A stretch of DNA of 64,000 nt from Malacoraja senta (Eukaryota): NCBI GenBank assembly GCA_038087875.1, contig CM075994.1, positions 3,660,001 to 3,724,000 on the forward strand, given 5' to 3'. Position numbers and translations under genes: made by a program. How positions within the stretch are numbered: the stretch's first letter is position 1; each line of letters opens with the position of its first letter. Under the pieces are notes generated by a model, which ran no database searches, was not told the origin of the DNA, and saw only the letters and a list, made by a program, of their open reading frames with translations. This document shows positions 37,070-50,385 of the stretch, piece by piece.

Positions 37070-40000
37070 GAGATCATAAGGGATATGAGAAGAATTGGGC
37101 CATTCGGCTCATTAAGTCTACGCCATTCAATCGTGGTTGATCTACCTCTCCCTCCTAACCCCATTTTCCTGCCTTCTCTATATAACCCCCAACACCCGTA
37201 CTAATTAAGGATGTATCTATTTCTTAATAATATCAATTGACGGTCCCCACAAACTTCTGTGGCAAAGAAATACGAGCCGAATTCTGAACATCCTCGAGAG
37301 AGAGAAGGTTAACAGCCGGCAATAGTTGTGCACGTAGGCACAAACGACATCGGGAAGAAGAGGAAGGTAGCTCTCCAACATGACTTCAGAGAGTTGGGAA
37401 GAAGACTGAAATGCCGGACTTCTATGGTGGATATCTCTGGATTGCTTCCTGTACCACGTGATAGTGAGGACAGGAACAGGGAGATAGGGGATCTGCATGT
37501 GTGGCTGAGGGGCTGGTGCAGGGAGCAAGGATTCGGATTTATAGACCACTGCGATCTCTTCTGGGGTAGGGGTGACCTGTACAAAAGGGACGGGTTACAC
37601 CTTAACTGGAGGGGGACCGACATTCTGGCAGGCAGGTTTGCTAGGGCTACACGTGTGGGTTTAAACTAAATAGTGGGGCGGAGGGATTGACACATTGGGA
37701 GTATAAAGATGGAGTTGAAGGGGAATTGGCTACAGGAAGAATTACAAAAGATTCTCGAATTAATGGGAAGGAAAGCTCGCGAATGGACAAAAAGTAAGGT
37801 CAGGGCCAATTGCGAGGGGGAAGTGAATACGGAGGTCGAAGTACTGTATATGAATGCGCGAAGTATAAGGAATAAAGTGGACGAGCTTGAGGCTCAGTTA
37901 GAAACTGGGAAGTATGATGTTGTGGGGATTACTGAGACATGGCTGCAAGAGGACCAGGGCTGGTAACTGAATATTCAAGGGTATACCTCCTATCGTAAAG
38001 TAGACAGCTGGGCAGAGGGGGTGGGGTTGCCCTGTTGGTGAGGAATGAAATTCAGTCCCTTGCAAGGGGTGACATTGAAACAGGAGATGTGGAGTCAGTA
38101 TGGATAGAACTAAGGAATTGTAGGGGTAAAAAGATTATAATGGGACTAATCTACAGGCCCCCAAACAGTAGCCTGGACATAGGGCGCAAGTTGAATCCGG
38201 AGTTAAAATTGGCATGCAGTAAAAGTAATGCTGTGGTTGTTGTGGGAGATTTCAACATGCAGGTAGACTGGGAAAATCAGGTTGGTATTGGACCCCTTGA
38301 AAGGGACTTTGTAGAGTGCCTTCGAGATGGATACTTTGAACAGCTTGTATTGGAACCTACCAGGGTGAAGCAATTCTGGATTTAGTGTTATGTAATGAAC
38401 CAAATTTGAAAAAGGACCTCGATGAGCCATTAGGGGGCAGTGACCATATCATGGTCTGGTTTAATCTACAATTGGAGATGGAGTAGAGTAGATTGGAGGT
38501 GTGAGTGTTGCAGTTGAATAAAGGGGACTATGGGGCCATGAGGGAGGAGCTGGCCAAAGTTGACTGGAAAGATACACTAGCAGTGATGACAGTGGAACAG
38601 AAATGGCAGGTGTTTCTAGGAATAATACAGAAGGTGCAGGCTCAGTTCATTCCTAGGAGGAAGAAGGATTCCAAGGGGAGGAAGGGACGACCATGGCTGA
38701 CAAGGGACGTCAGTATTAAAATTAAAGCGAAGAAGTACAACGTAGCAAAGATGATCGGGAATCAAGAGGATTGGGTAATGTTTAAAGAACAACACACGAT
38801 AACCAAAAAGACAATACGGGGAGAAAAGCTGAGGTACGAAGGTAAGCTAGCCAAGAATATAAAGCAGGGCAGTAAAAGCTTCTTTAGATATGTGCATAGG
38901 AAAATATTAGTTAAGACCAAAGTTGGACACTTGAAGACCGAAAAAGTTGAATTTATTATGGGGAAAAAGGAAATGGCAGATGAGTTGAAAAGGTACTTCG
39001 GATCTGTCTTCACTAAGGAGGACACAAACAATCTTCCTGATATAGTAGTGGCCAGAGGATCTGGGGTGAAAGAGGAACTGAAGGAAATCCACATTAGGCA
39101 GGAAATGATGTTGGATAGACTGATGGCACTGAAGGCTGATAAATGCCCAGGGCCTGATGGTCTGCATCCCAGGGTACTTAAGGATGTGGCTCTAGAAATC
39201 GTGGATGCATTGGTGATAATTTTCCAATGTTCTTTAGACTTAGGATCAGTTCCTGTGGATTGGAGTGTAGCTAATGTTATCCCACCTATTAAGAAAGGCG
39301 GGAGAGTGAAAACAGGGAATTATAGTCCAGTTAGCCTGACATCGGTGGTGGGGAAGATTCTGGAGTCAATTATAAAAGATGAGATAGCCGCACATTTGGA
39401 TAGGAGTAACAGGATCGGTCCGAGTCAGCATAGATATACTAAACGGAAATCATGCTTGACTAATCTTCTGGAATTTTTACAAGATGTAACTAGGAAAATG
39501 GACAAGGGAGAGCCAGTGGATATAGTGTACCTGGACTTTCAGAATGCATTTGATAAGGTCCCACATAGGAGATTAGTAGGCAAAATTAGGGCACATGGTA
39601 TTGGGGGTAGAGTGCTGACATGGATAGAGAAGTGGTTGGCAGACAGGAAACAAAGAGTAGGGATAAACAGGTCCCTTTCATAATGGCAGGCAGTGACTAG
39701 TGGGGTACCGCAGCTATTTACAATATAAATCAATGATTTGGATGAAGGGATTCAAAGTAACATTGGCAAATTTGCAGATGACACAAAGCTGGGTGATAGT
39801 GTGAACTGTGAAGAGGATGCTATGAGAATGCAGGGTGACTTGGACAGGTTGGCGGAGTGGGCAGATGCACGGCAGATGAAGTTTAATGCGGATAAATGTG
39901 AGGATATCCACTTTGGTAGGAAAATCAGGAAGGTAGATTACTATCTAAATCGCGTCAAATTGGGAAAAGTGGACGTAGAACGGGATCTGGGGGTCCTTGT

Positions 40001-41125
40001 AAATCAGTCTATGAAAGTAAACAAGCAGGCAGTGAAGAAAGCGAATGGCATGTTGGCCTTTATAACAAGAGGAATCGAAAATAGGAGCAAAGAGGTCCTT
40101 CTGCAGTTGTACTGAGCCCTAATGAGACCACACCTGGAGTATTGTGTGCAGTTTTGGTCCCCTAATTTGAGGAAGGACATTTTTGCTATTGAGGGAGTGC
40201 AGCGTAGGTTTACAATGTTAATTCCAGGGATGGCGGGAATGCCATATGCTGAGAGAATGGAGCAGCTGAGCTTGTACACTCTGGAGTTTAGAAGGATGAG
40301 AGGGTATCTCATTGAAACTTATAAGATTGTTAAGGGCTTGGACACGCTAAAGGCAGGAAATATGTTCGCGATGTTGGGGGCGTCCAGAACCAGGGGCCAC
40401 ATGTTTAAGAATAAGGAGTAAGCCATTTAGAACGGAGACGAGGAAACGCTTTTTCTCACAGAGAGTGTTGAGTCTGTGGAATTCTCTGCCTTGGAGACAG
40501 GTTCTCCGTATTCTTTTAAGAGAGAGCTAGACAGGGCTCTTAAAAATAGCTGAGTCAGGGGATATGGGGAGAAGGCAGGAACGGGGTACTGATTGGGGAT
40601 GATCAGCCATGATCACATTGAATGGCGGTGCTTGCTCGAAGGGCCAAATGGCCTACTCCTGCACCTATTGTCTATTGTATATTGTCTATAAATCCACAGA
40701 TTTACCACCCTTCGACTAAAGAAATTCTTCTCCTTCCCGAAGGAACGTCCTTTAATTCTGAAGTTACGATCTCTGGTCCTAGACTCTCTCACTAGTGGAA
40801 ACATTATCTTCAGATCCACTTTATTCACGCCTTTCACTACTCGGTAAGTTTCAATGAGTTCTCCCCTCATCTTCTAAACTCCAGCGAGTACAGACCAGTG
40901 CCGTCAAATGATATCATGATATTTTAACCCAGTCATTACTACGACCATTCTTGTAAACCTCCTTTGGACCCCCACCAGGGCCAAGCCATCGGTCCTCAGA
41001 TATGGGCACCAACATTGTACACAATACTCCAAGTGCGGCCTGACCAGCGCCTTATAAAGCCTCAGCATTACATCCCTGGTTTTGTATTCTAGTCGTCTCG
41101 AACTAAACCCCAGCATTGCGTTTGA
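37070..41125 (-). mobile_element. Older CR1 3' fragment split by a younger CR1 (pieces 37070-37271 and 40690-41125)
   Basis: ggcaaagAAAT|insert|AAATccacagatt; LYKALVRPHLEYCVQ on the minus strand. Confidence 0.75.
37272..40689 (+). mobile_element. CR1 LINE, 5'-truncated within the ORF1 esterase; decayed ORF2
   Basis: HVGTND...DGLHLN; VLYMNAR; 392-aa ORF2 segment at 38505-39683; KFADDTK; (tattgtc)n tail. Confidence 0.95.
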
Positions 41126-41258
41126 AGCATGCATGCAATCGTAATTAGCTCCTCGGGGATATCCTACGGTATTTTATTGCAGACACGATGTTGCAACGTT
41201 CTCCAGCCTCTGACAAATACATCCAGTCTCTTCATCATATGTTTGTTATTTGGAACAG

Positions 41259-41285
41259 AGAAAGCGCTGGAAGAGAAAGGCTCAG
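41259..41285 (+). CDS. Micro-exon 27 nt (EKALEEKGS)
   Basis: tttgttatttggaacag|...|gtactc. Confidence 0.6.
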
Positions 41286-41904
41286 GTACTCGCAGGTGAA
41301 ATAGATCCTCACGATATGATATATGTTGCCGGCATCGTACAAGAACACAAATGGCAGCAATGGAAGATCATTCGCCCCCCCCAAACCCCCCACCCCACCC
41401 CCACCCCCACCCCCACACCACCCCACTCACCGTCCGCAAACTTGACTCGCCATTAATATGATCGTGTCGGCTCTATGCAGGCCTCCACTCCCCCTTTGTG
41501 ACAGTTCTCGTTAACCTTTACTTTCTCAAACTTCGATAAATGTTTCTGTCACCTCTCTAAATGTAAACCCCACCACCCTCGGTGCTGGCATTACCGATAT
41601 TCATCACACCTAATAAATTTCCACACACGTAAATTTTAATTTACCACTGTCTTATTTTGTAGACATGAAGATTATTGTAAAATGAAAATAATGCGAAGGA
41701 GTACATGAGAACTTAAGAGCAGGAGTAGGCCACGCGGCCTTTCAGTCTGTGGCACCATTCAATATGAGCATATACCCTAGTCCTCATCGCCGTACACATT
41801 GCTGATCTATCATCCTCGAATATGCCTATATATATTCTGCATATTCTACACACAAAATATATATTACAAAATATATATCCAAAATATAACTGAACTGCTC
41901 TCAG

Positions 41905-41931
41905 CAAGACAAGGTGATAAAGAAAGGGAAG
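41905..41931 (+). CDS. Micro-exon 27 nt (ARQGDKERE)
   Basis: ctgctctcag|...|gtgaag. Confidence 0.45.
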
Positions 41932-42618
41932 GTGAAGACATAACATTCGCCGCAGTGGATGAAGGACAAATTATGATGCTCCACCAGGTGGTTGCAATGG
42001 TTCAAAATTGTCATCATCTGCAGCCCCAGTTATCCACAATGTGTATGGGATGCAGCACTTCGTCTCCAGATCTCTGAGCCGTAGAGCAAAATTGTCCTCG
42101 TCTAGTCTGTTGCCTTAAGCACCTGCTGCACGGAACCTTGGCTTGAACACCGAGGGAAAACTTAATGTATTGGTTACTCCTTTTATAAACCGCTCATTTT
42201 TCACCTTCACGCAGTCGATGTTTTGACCCGCATCCCATCCATCCATAAGTCTTCATCTCTATTGCCGACCAAAAATGAACACTGTATTCTTTATTGTAAA
42301 TAGCCTACACAGTGTGAATTGATGAAATATTAACTCGTCTCCTCTGTCCACAGATGCTGACTCTTCGTAACATTTGTTTTTCTATTTTTTACTTTAAAGA
42401 CGTTGCGCTTGAAAAAAGGTTAAAATTCAGTTCTTATTGGAATGAAATGTTCTCAAGTCTTTGACGTGTTTTCAGTCTGAAGTAGGTAGAGGTTCACTAC
42501 AGACTTGTCTACTTTTATCGACACAATGCCTTATTTCCACTTCAGTTCATTTTAAGTAAAATGATATTTCCGTGAAGTATTTATACAATCTATTTTTTAA
42601 ATATATATTCTTCCATAG

Positions 42619-42645
42619 GTAGTAAAGGAATAATCAAAATCGATG
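42619..42645 (+). CDS. Micro-exon 27 nt (GSKGIIKID)
   Basis: attcttccatag|...|gtaaat. Confidence 0.6.
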
Positions 42646-42860
42646 GTAAATTTGCGGTGTGTATGGCGGTTTGGGGAAATAATGGGTTATTTGGAGCAGG
42701 AAAGCGCAATGGAGCGCCTTTCAACTAGTTTGCCTATGGGACACGGCAATTGTGCCTTCCTGATGTTGCATGCTGAAGCGATCTGCCGTTAGTTCAAACG
42801 TTTCGATTGTACGAGAAATAACATTGAAGAATTATCCGTACAAATTGGAGATGGTAAAGT

Positions 42861-43745
42861 CTTGAGCAAATGACAATGTGCTGAAGGAACTCAGCGGGTC
42901 AGGCACACCTGTGGAGGGAATGGATCGACGAATGTTCGGGTCGGCAGCTTTATTCACACTGAGTAGAGAAGAACATTGGCAAAGAGATGTGGTTGTGACA
43001 CAACGCCATGCAGCAATGGTGGATAAATTTGATTGGGATATGGGTGGATTAAGTGACAAAAATGTGAGGCCAAAAGGAGACAAACGGGCGTTAGGTATTG
43101 ATGGAAGCGGAATGATGAACTGTAGAGGCAGAGGGAGGGATTTGGGTGGAAGAGAACTGATGGGACGTAGTGGGGAGAAAACTGATATATGGACTCGGAG
43201 ATGGGAGATGAGCGTTCGCTGGAGGGGAAATAGGCAAGGTGAATGAGATCGTGGGGGCATCGAGTTGGGAGATCAGGAAAACGAAGAGGGTTTCGAAAGT
43301 TATTGCTTGAAATTGGATAAATCAATGTGAATACAGTGGAGATACAAGCTACGGGGTGTAGTTCTTCCAGTTTGCGTACCGGCTCACTCTTGAAATAGAG
43401 GAAGCCATGGACAGAAATGTGTTTATTGGAATGGGGGGGGGGGGGGCGGGGTGATATGGTGCGCAAGCGAAAGATCCAGCAGGACGCCGCACCAAGTGCA
43501 AGCGGTCGGCGAAACGATCTCTTATCTTATGCTTAGTTTCGCCGATGTATAGGAAGACGTACCGGGAGCACCGAATGAAATAGACGGGAGTTTGAAGGGT
43601 GTTACTGAACCGCTGTCTCGTAACTCTCTATGTCCATCTATCACTTTCCAGACTCTCTCTCCTAATCCAATCATTCAGAAGAAGAGACCTCCCCCGCCCG
43701 CCCCTTGCAGATGCTGCCTGACCAGCTGAGTTCCGCAAGCACTTG
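42861..43745 (-). mobile_element. Penelope-like element remnant with inverted pLTR arms
   Basis: gtgctgaaggaactcagcgggtcaggca (left) and agatgctgcctgaccagctgagttcc (right) flank a GIY-YIG remnant. Confidence 0.8.
43300..43620 (-). pseudogene. GIY-YIG endonuclease remnant of a Penelope-like element
   Basis: Minus-strand translation VYFIRCSRYVFLYIGETKHKIRDRFAD...HISVHGFLYFKSEPVRKLEE (frameshifted). Confidence 0.8.
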
Positions 43746-44089
43746 CATGTGGTTGCGTGCGTGTATGAGATGGAAAGCAGTGAGGGGGGAGTAGGCGGGA
43801 TTTGAAGGGCATAACCATTACCCAACGACTTAGTGATGAGCAGACGGTAATGAGTACAACTTCCATTTCACATTCCTCGTCACGTGATTTTTTCATTAAG
43901 ATCAACATTAGGAGTTTGTTTTTTCCTCATCGTCCGAATTATATTTCATTGTCGGGAACATAGTGGTCCCCACCCCTTCCTGGTCACTCCCGTAATGTGT
44001 GTAGCGCTACCTATTTCTCAAACCACCGGAATAAACTTCCGATGTAGACTATCCGCTTTATTCAATCAACAATTTCTTGCATTTTGCAG

Positions 44090-44116
44090 ATAGACAATTG
44101 GCTGAGGCCTACGAAG
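44090..44116 (+). CDS. Micro-exon 27 nt (DRQLAEAYE)
   Basis: tttcttgcattttgcag|...|gtatga. Confidence 0.72.
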
Positions 44117-44719
44117 GTATGATTTTTGACGTCAAATAAATGCAATACTAATATGTGCTCAAATGTTGTCGAGTTATATATGAACATATATTTTGTCAGA
44201 ATGTTTTAATCAAATGTGTTTAAGCGCGAATCACTATCACCGTGCTAGCATCTCTTGTGTACACTTTACAGTCAGGCAATCTTCCAATGTACCGATCGGT
44301 CGCCTGTTTTAAGAAGGGACGTTGATGTCGGCGACGTGATATAGGGGCTTTGATAAGAAAAGGTAAAATTCGGATTCGGTTCTGATGTGCAGTTTTGGTG
44401 CCAATTAGTTGCCAGATATAGAATTCGCCGTAACCTTCTTTCCATTGATGTTCAATAAAGAAACATTTGCCCTAATCGCATAAGTGATTAAATGATCACA
44501 GTCTAGTTAATAGTTGCCAAGCAGGGTAGAAGATTTATGGGCTGCCTTTATAATCGCTTTTATGTAATTTGCTCCAAGATTAGCATGTAACACTTACCAA
44601 TGGTGGATGTTTAATCACCACGTGAGCAATTCATCCACATTCTTTAGTTTCATTCACGTTTACATCCAAGGTTCAAATTGCATTCACAATTGAAATACAT
44701 CTCCTGCTCCTCATTTCAG

Positions 44720-44746
44720 AATCGAAAAAACTGATCCTTGCCTGCA
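44720..44746 (+). CDS. Micro-exon 27 nt (ESKKLILAC)
   Basis: ctcctcatttcag|...|gtaagt. Confidence 0.7.
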
Positions 44747-45762
44747 GTAAGTAATATTTGGCATTTTATGTGTAATTTCACGTAGAATAGTAACATCTGA
44801 TATCTTTGGAACCCAATGGGGTCTTATCAATCGCTTTTTTTCCCAGCCAAGTAAGGATTGTGCACAGTCATTAATCGAATAACCTATTTTTTTTATCAAA
44901 TATGTTGGTCTCCTCAAACGTCGTCATACCACACGCTTTCAGATACTAATATAGTCCGCGCTGAATCTCCAAACTAAAACTAAGGTCAACTCGGCCCTGT
45001 CGACGTTACCACAAGGGAAGGCGGGATAGTGGCGCAGCGTTTGAGTTGTTCTCTCACAACCTTAGAGACACAGCGCGGAAACAGTCCCTTCGGACCATCG
45101 AGTCCGGGTCGACCAACGATCACCGTATAGACAGCAACGGTAGTACCGATCGTAACGACGGCATCCTATCGAACCCTGCCCTCTGGTGCTGTAAGGCAGA
45201 ACATCTACCGATACACTACTTTGCTGACCAATCAGATCACTGAACGAATAGAAAGGCAATCATCTATCAATGGGTTGGTTTGTTTCGTATATTTGTCAAA
45301 TAATGTTCACATTTTATTCAACTACTAGTGGCTGTGGTTCGGCAGTAATAGTTTCATTTAGTGTTTTTCAGTTTCTTAAAATATCCAAGTAATTTTCAAC
45401 CAGCCATTACATATCTCTGATAATTGGTGACTTTTCAAAGCTTTGTACGGGCGTTTTACAGTGGCGAACTGTGAAAATAATCTCAAGGTGATCCTGAGAA
45501 CTTGTTTCAAGTTGGTTGTAGATTCGAACCTTGCAGGGCAATCAATCCCGCAGTCGGTGAACAAGATACATGCGCCTGGAACCAAAAGAGGGTGTGAGTG
45601 CAGTTGACAAATTGGTCAATGAATCTAAACACATGCAGGATGCTGATCTCCAGAGGCTCTGCTGCTTTTCCATTCCAATCTAGTTAACAATATACAAACC
45701 AACAAATATATTGTGCATAATAAATTGTCTAAGCTCGAATTTCAAACACATTTGTATTCCAG

Positions 45763-45789
45763 TGAGACAACTACTCCTTAAAGACATAG
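45763..45789 (+). CDS. Micro-exon 27 nt (xRQLLLKDI)
   Basis: tttgtattccag|...|gtaagg. Confidence 0.72.
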
Positions 45790-46077
45790 GTAAGGATATG
45801 TAGAATCTATGACGATTCTCTAAAAATGCCAGTTTATGTGGAGGACGTTGTTAATTTTTGGTGTTATTGCTACAGCAGATTGCTTGCTAGGTGAGATTCT
45901 TCCTGTCAGTTAATTGACAAAGTACTCAGATTGGTGGGAGGACAATTGTCTATTTTCAGGCTTTGCCATTCAACCTGGAAGTATTGTAGAACAGACAATT
46001 TACAGTTCTGGCCATAAGAATTCGTATGTATTGCCTGCACTGTACTATCATGTTCAAGCGTCAGGGTGTATACGTTA

Positions 46078-47125
46078 AGTAGCAATGTTACAAAATGTTG
46101 AGATTTTTAAAATCAAGTCTAGAATTTATCCCATCAGATAAAGCATAAAAATAAGTTTAATTTGACACCTAATTCACTTTCATATCTTCAGTATTAAAAA
46201 GGTTATGGCCACTTTCACACTCGGAAATTAGCATCTTGTTCCCTATTGCTTTTCCATTGATTTAACTCAAAAGCTGTGATCAAGGACAGTCAAAAGCCCA
46301 TAACTTACTTAATAATTAAGAGAACTGAATGAAATTTTCAGTTATTATAGATTGAAGCATTCTGAAACAAATATGAAACCATCTTACTTGGATGACCTGA
46401 AATTGAAGCATATAATTAGTTAGTTACCTAATTGTAGCTAATTACAAAATTAAATTACTAGATCTAAACATCTATCAATTTCTTAAGAAAAGATTAACAT
46501 TTTTAAATAGCCTAAGTGTCCAAATAACATTCACACAAGAATTCACAATATAACATGATTTTTAAATCTCATTGTCATGAATTTATAGGCCAAATGGAAG
46601 GATTTTAGTGTTTAATTCCCGTAAATTAATGGACTTTTAAATCATCTTGCGAGTGGGGTTTTGTGGAACGCAATCGTTTGGAACGTTGCGGTTTGCGGTG
46701 AATTTAAACCCCATATCGGCAGGAAAAAACACTGTCGGTTCGTATGGGGCCTAAATCACCTTTTCGCAACGTAAAATTTGGATTAAAGTAATCCTAAGAA
46801 GCAAGTTTATATGTAAAATAAACGGCTTACCTTTATTTGTCCCGTACGGGAGATCCGTCCCGTTGTCGGCGTTGACGGCGTTAGAAGTCGATTTTTATTT
46901 TACTCCCGCCATTAAATTGTCCAGCGATGTTTTTAAAAAACTTCAGAGAATGGATGTCGGAGCGATTTTTCTGCAGCAGCCGAACAGGCTGAGAAAGATC
47001 GACTCCGACAGGCTGGAGAAAACGGCATTTTAATCCCGCCCTCCTCTCAAAGGCGCCAAAGTCGCGCACACGGCCAGTGGCAGAACTGCAGCGCCGCGGA
47101 AGGTAAGTATTGTAACATACCTACT
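46078..47125. mobile_element. Non-autonomous DNA transposon, Kolobok-like
   Basis: Imperfect TIR AGTAGcaATGTTACAA / TTGTAACATacCTACT; TTAA on the right flank and gtta on the left. Confidence 0.55.
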
Positions 47126-47879
47126 TTAAGCAGTTAGCGAGAGGTTATTTTTAATTCCGCCACGAATTCGCACGCAGTAGTGTTTTGACTGCAATTGTGA
47201 GGACATAGTAATTACTTTTGAGGCTACGTGCGACAGAAAATTCGTTTCCCTTAAAATATTTAGCAGGGTTCTTTTCTATTAATTGGATTAATTAATTGGG
47301 TTATAGATTGTTTTTTCGAGGATTTCACCGATTCCTTGACAGAGGCAGATCAATATTCGCGCGTTTCAGAAAACTATCATCGTAGTTAGAGTTGAAACAT
47401 TTCGCACTTGCTCATACATGCCATTGTATGAACGTCTGTTGTTGCTTTGCTAATTGCAGGTATCCCCCCAAGAATAAATTGAACTCTATTCGTTTCCTAT
47501 CTCCGTTCATGCCTTGCCAGAGGCATGTTATGGTTTGCCAGAGTGTATATAATCAAAACGACACGTGGTTCACACTGATAATACGACCAGCTTTATTTCC
47601 GAGAGGACTGCTGAGAACAATTTGATTTATATTTCATGCTGAATCTGTACTTTAAATCAAACTCCGTAGAGTATTATTCTTTAAATGTGTGCCATTATAA
47701 AACAACTAAATTTACTGTATAAGAGGATTCGTAGTTGAGTATTTGACGATAGCAACGTTCTTCATTCTTGTAATTATCAATAATTGTCGTTGGGAAAACC
47801 ATATCTTGGGGTAATGTCAGCCAGAGCGCAGAAGAAATCCTACAAGTAACCAGAAGTTACAATTCATGAAATGTCTACG

Positions 47880-48150
47880 AAGAAACTGCAGATGTTGGTT
47901 TGAACCGAAGATAGAAACAACTGCTGGGGTAACAAATAACGACCATAAATGGCCCGTTTCATTTTTCATCGTTACCTCTTTCCATATTTTTCATTCATTT
48001 GTTCTATATCTCTCTAAATCACTGTCTATATCTCTGGTATTCCTCTCCCCTGACTAGTCTAAAGGGTCTCGACCGAAACCGTCTCCCATTCCTTCTCTCC
48101 AGAGACGCTTTCTGTCCCGTTGTTACTTCTGCATATTGTGTTTATTTTCG
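47880..48150 (+). mobile_element. Penelope pLTR-derived repeat (hammerhead core decayed)
   Basis: gaaactgcagatg...agggtctcgaccgaaaccgtctcccattccttctctccagaga. Confidence 0.65.
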
Positions 48151-48384
48151 TTAAAATTCATGAATTGAATTAAAAGCTCTATTTTGTTTTCATTATAACT
48201 TATTCGACCGCTTGTTAGCAAACACGAATCTGAAGGTAAACCTCTTCCAAAATGTTGTAGTAAAGGCAATAGAGTTTCACAACATTGAGAATAAATACCA
48301 TAAAATAAACTGTTTTAATTAACCATCAGCAGTAAATATTTTTTTGTCCAGAAATCCAAAATCTATGTTGATGTGTCGTTTCAG

Positions 48385-48420
48385 ATATTGGCGTCCTAAA
48401 GGCAAAGCTGGAAGCTGCTG
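48385..48420 (+). CDS. Micro-exon 36 nt (DIGVLKAKLEAA)
   Basis: gtgtcgtttcag|...|gtgaga. Confidence 0.75.
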
Positions 48421-48956
48421 GTGAGAAATTCAGTACACAATTATGTTTCTACTCCCGATTCAATTGTTTGTGATGCTTATGAATCTTGACGCAGTTTGTT
48501 TAGATATTCAACAGAATCTTCGAATGATGACACAAATAATGATCAACAAACAGGAGTGGGGCTTTGGAAAATAGATCTCTACATGTTTCCAAAGCATTAA
48601 ACCATTTATTTGTGTAAGGAAAGGCACGCACAGTTTACTTCGTTGCCTCAAATAAAACATTCACACACCCTGCCAATAATATCAATGGCCTTGGGTGCGA
48701 ATTTAATTTCAACATCTATTTCAATATTCAAGGTCAACAATCAAGACTATAGCTCGATGTTGGCGGGGCGGGGGAGAGGTTGGGGTTGAACTTAAGACGC
48801 CGTCGTGACGTCTGGAGTTGCTTGTTCCACGGTTGATCGGTACTTCAGTTCCCATCTTTGCAGCAAAAGTTTCAATCGTTTTTTTCTGGCTGGGGAGTTA
48901 AAAGAGATGGAGAATCAATATGTAAAAGAATATTATTTTCTTCCATTCTATTGTGG

Positions 48957-49086
48957 TTTGTTTGTTTGTTTGTTTGTTTGTTTGTTTTTGCACAAAGTCC
49001 GCGAGAATTGCCACTTTTCATTTCACTGCACATCTCGTATGTGTATGTGACAAATAAATTGACTTGACTTGACGTGACTTGACTTG
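48957..49086 (+). mobile_element. LINE 3' tail (Rex1/L2-like) with (CTTGA)n
   Basis: tttcactgcacatctcgtatgtgtatgtgacaaataaa followed by gactt repeats. Confidence 0.55.
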
Positions 49087-50259
49087 AGTTGGGAGTGCTA
49101 GAGATGTTTGGCAAATTTCGAATCTTTTCGCGGTGCTGAAATTATTGAGAATCACACAAATCACCTAGCGGGAGGTGTCGAGAGTGGGTGTTGTGATTAA
49201 TATAAGGAATAGAGGGCATTTAAGGGAAAAAAACAAATTAGTTGAGCACGCACATCGTTCCGGCTAACACTAACCCGTGCATCAATTTTTCTAGCAGTTA
49301 TGACGACAGGATTTTTGCTTACTCCTGTTTTGGAAACTGAACGTCAAATCCAAATATGCGTCGCTGACTTTGAAGATTTCACATATATCAATGGCAAATA
49401 GATACAACTATGTTGCTAAAAAATACCCCAAACGTCGTATTTTAAAAAGATAGTCATGCTTTGCTTCCACTTTCCTAGCTTAATGCACGGGTTGGCATAA
49501 CCCTATTGGTCCAGGTACGGGGGGCATACCTCACATTAGAGACAAGACATTTACACGTGTTTCGCTTCCTTCAAAGTCTGGCAGCATGTGTTTACACCAT
49601 AAACCATATCCAGATGGAACGCAGAAGTGTACATGGGTGCATGGCAGGGTGTGCAATGAGAATTTTGTTTAGTCATAGGGGTAAAATATAGTCAGAGAAT
49701 TGAATACATGTGGTGCAGGAGATATATAGAATTCATCCGATGTATATATTTTCATCAAGAGTAATGTCTAATTGTCGGGGCAACGAAAGCAAATGTTTAA
49801 TGCTGAATGTCATTATATTCTTCAGACACTTTTTGAAGGAACGTGCTTACAAATTGGGTTTGAACTTCCTTTGAGACCGAAAGTTCAGGAGCGCTTTACA
49901 CGATATCCGACCGCACCGATGCCTTTTTCATATAAACAGAACACACCAATGGCTATTCATATAACAAAGTGACCAGCGGAGCTCGATCAGTGGTTCTATA
50001 ATTTTGGAAGGTTAATTATATATTTAGTGCTTTTGATTAATATTGTCTTCAAATATGAATCAGGTGTTTGAGAACTTATCAAATGTTTAGCGCAGAAAAT
50101 CACGAGTAGAAATTCCATTAGATTTTGAGCGTGCGGCCACATTTAACCGACACTGGTGCAAGAAAGCTCGGGACTGCTATTCGGACAATCACATTATATG
50201 ACCGACGAATTGAATCCAGAGCATAACTTACATCAGAAAATATTGGTCCTTGATTTCAG

Positions 50260-50295
50260 GGATAGACATTCCAGACCGCAAGACAGAAAGTTCAG
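50260..50295 (+). CDS. Micro-exon 36 nt (GIDIPDRKTESS)
   Basis: ccttgatttcag|...|gtaaga. Confidence 0.7.
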
Positions 50296-50385
50296 GTAAG
50301 AACACACAGACAATTATTTACTATTCATGACAATTTTAGATGTAATTTGATGTTGTGAGCTCAGAGCTCACAGAGCACAGAGCAT

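Noticed and set aside
45876..45980. Candidate 15-nt (45876-45890) and 21-nt (45960-45980) exons
   Set aside because: In frame, but off-size, with very short introns, and they would split the 45763/48385 pair; not supported without RNA data.
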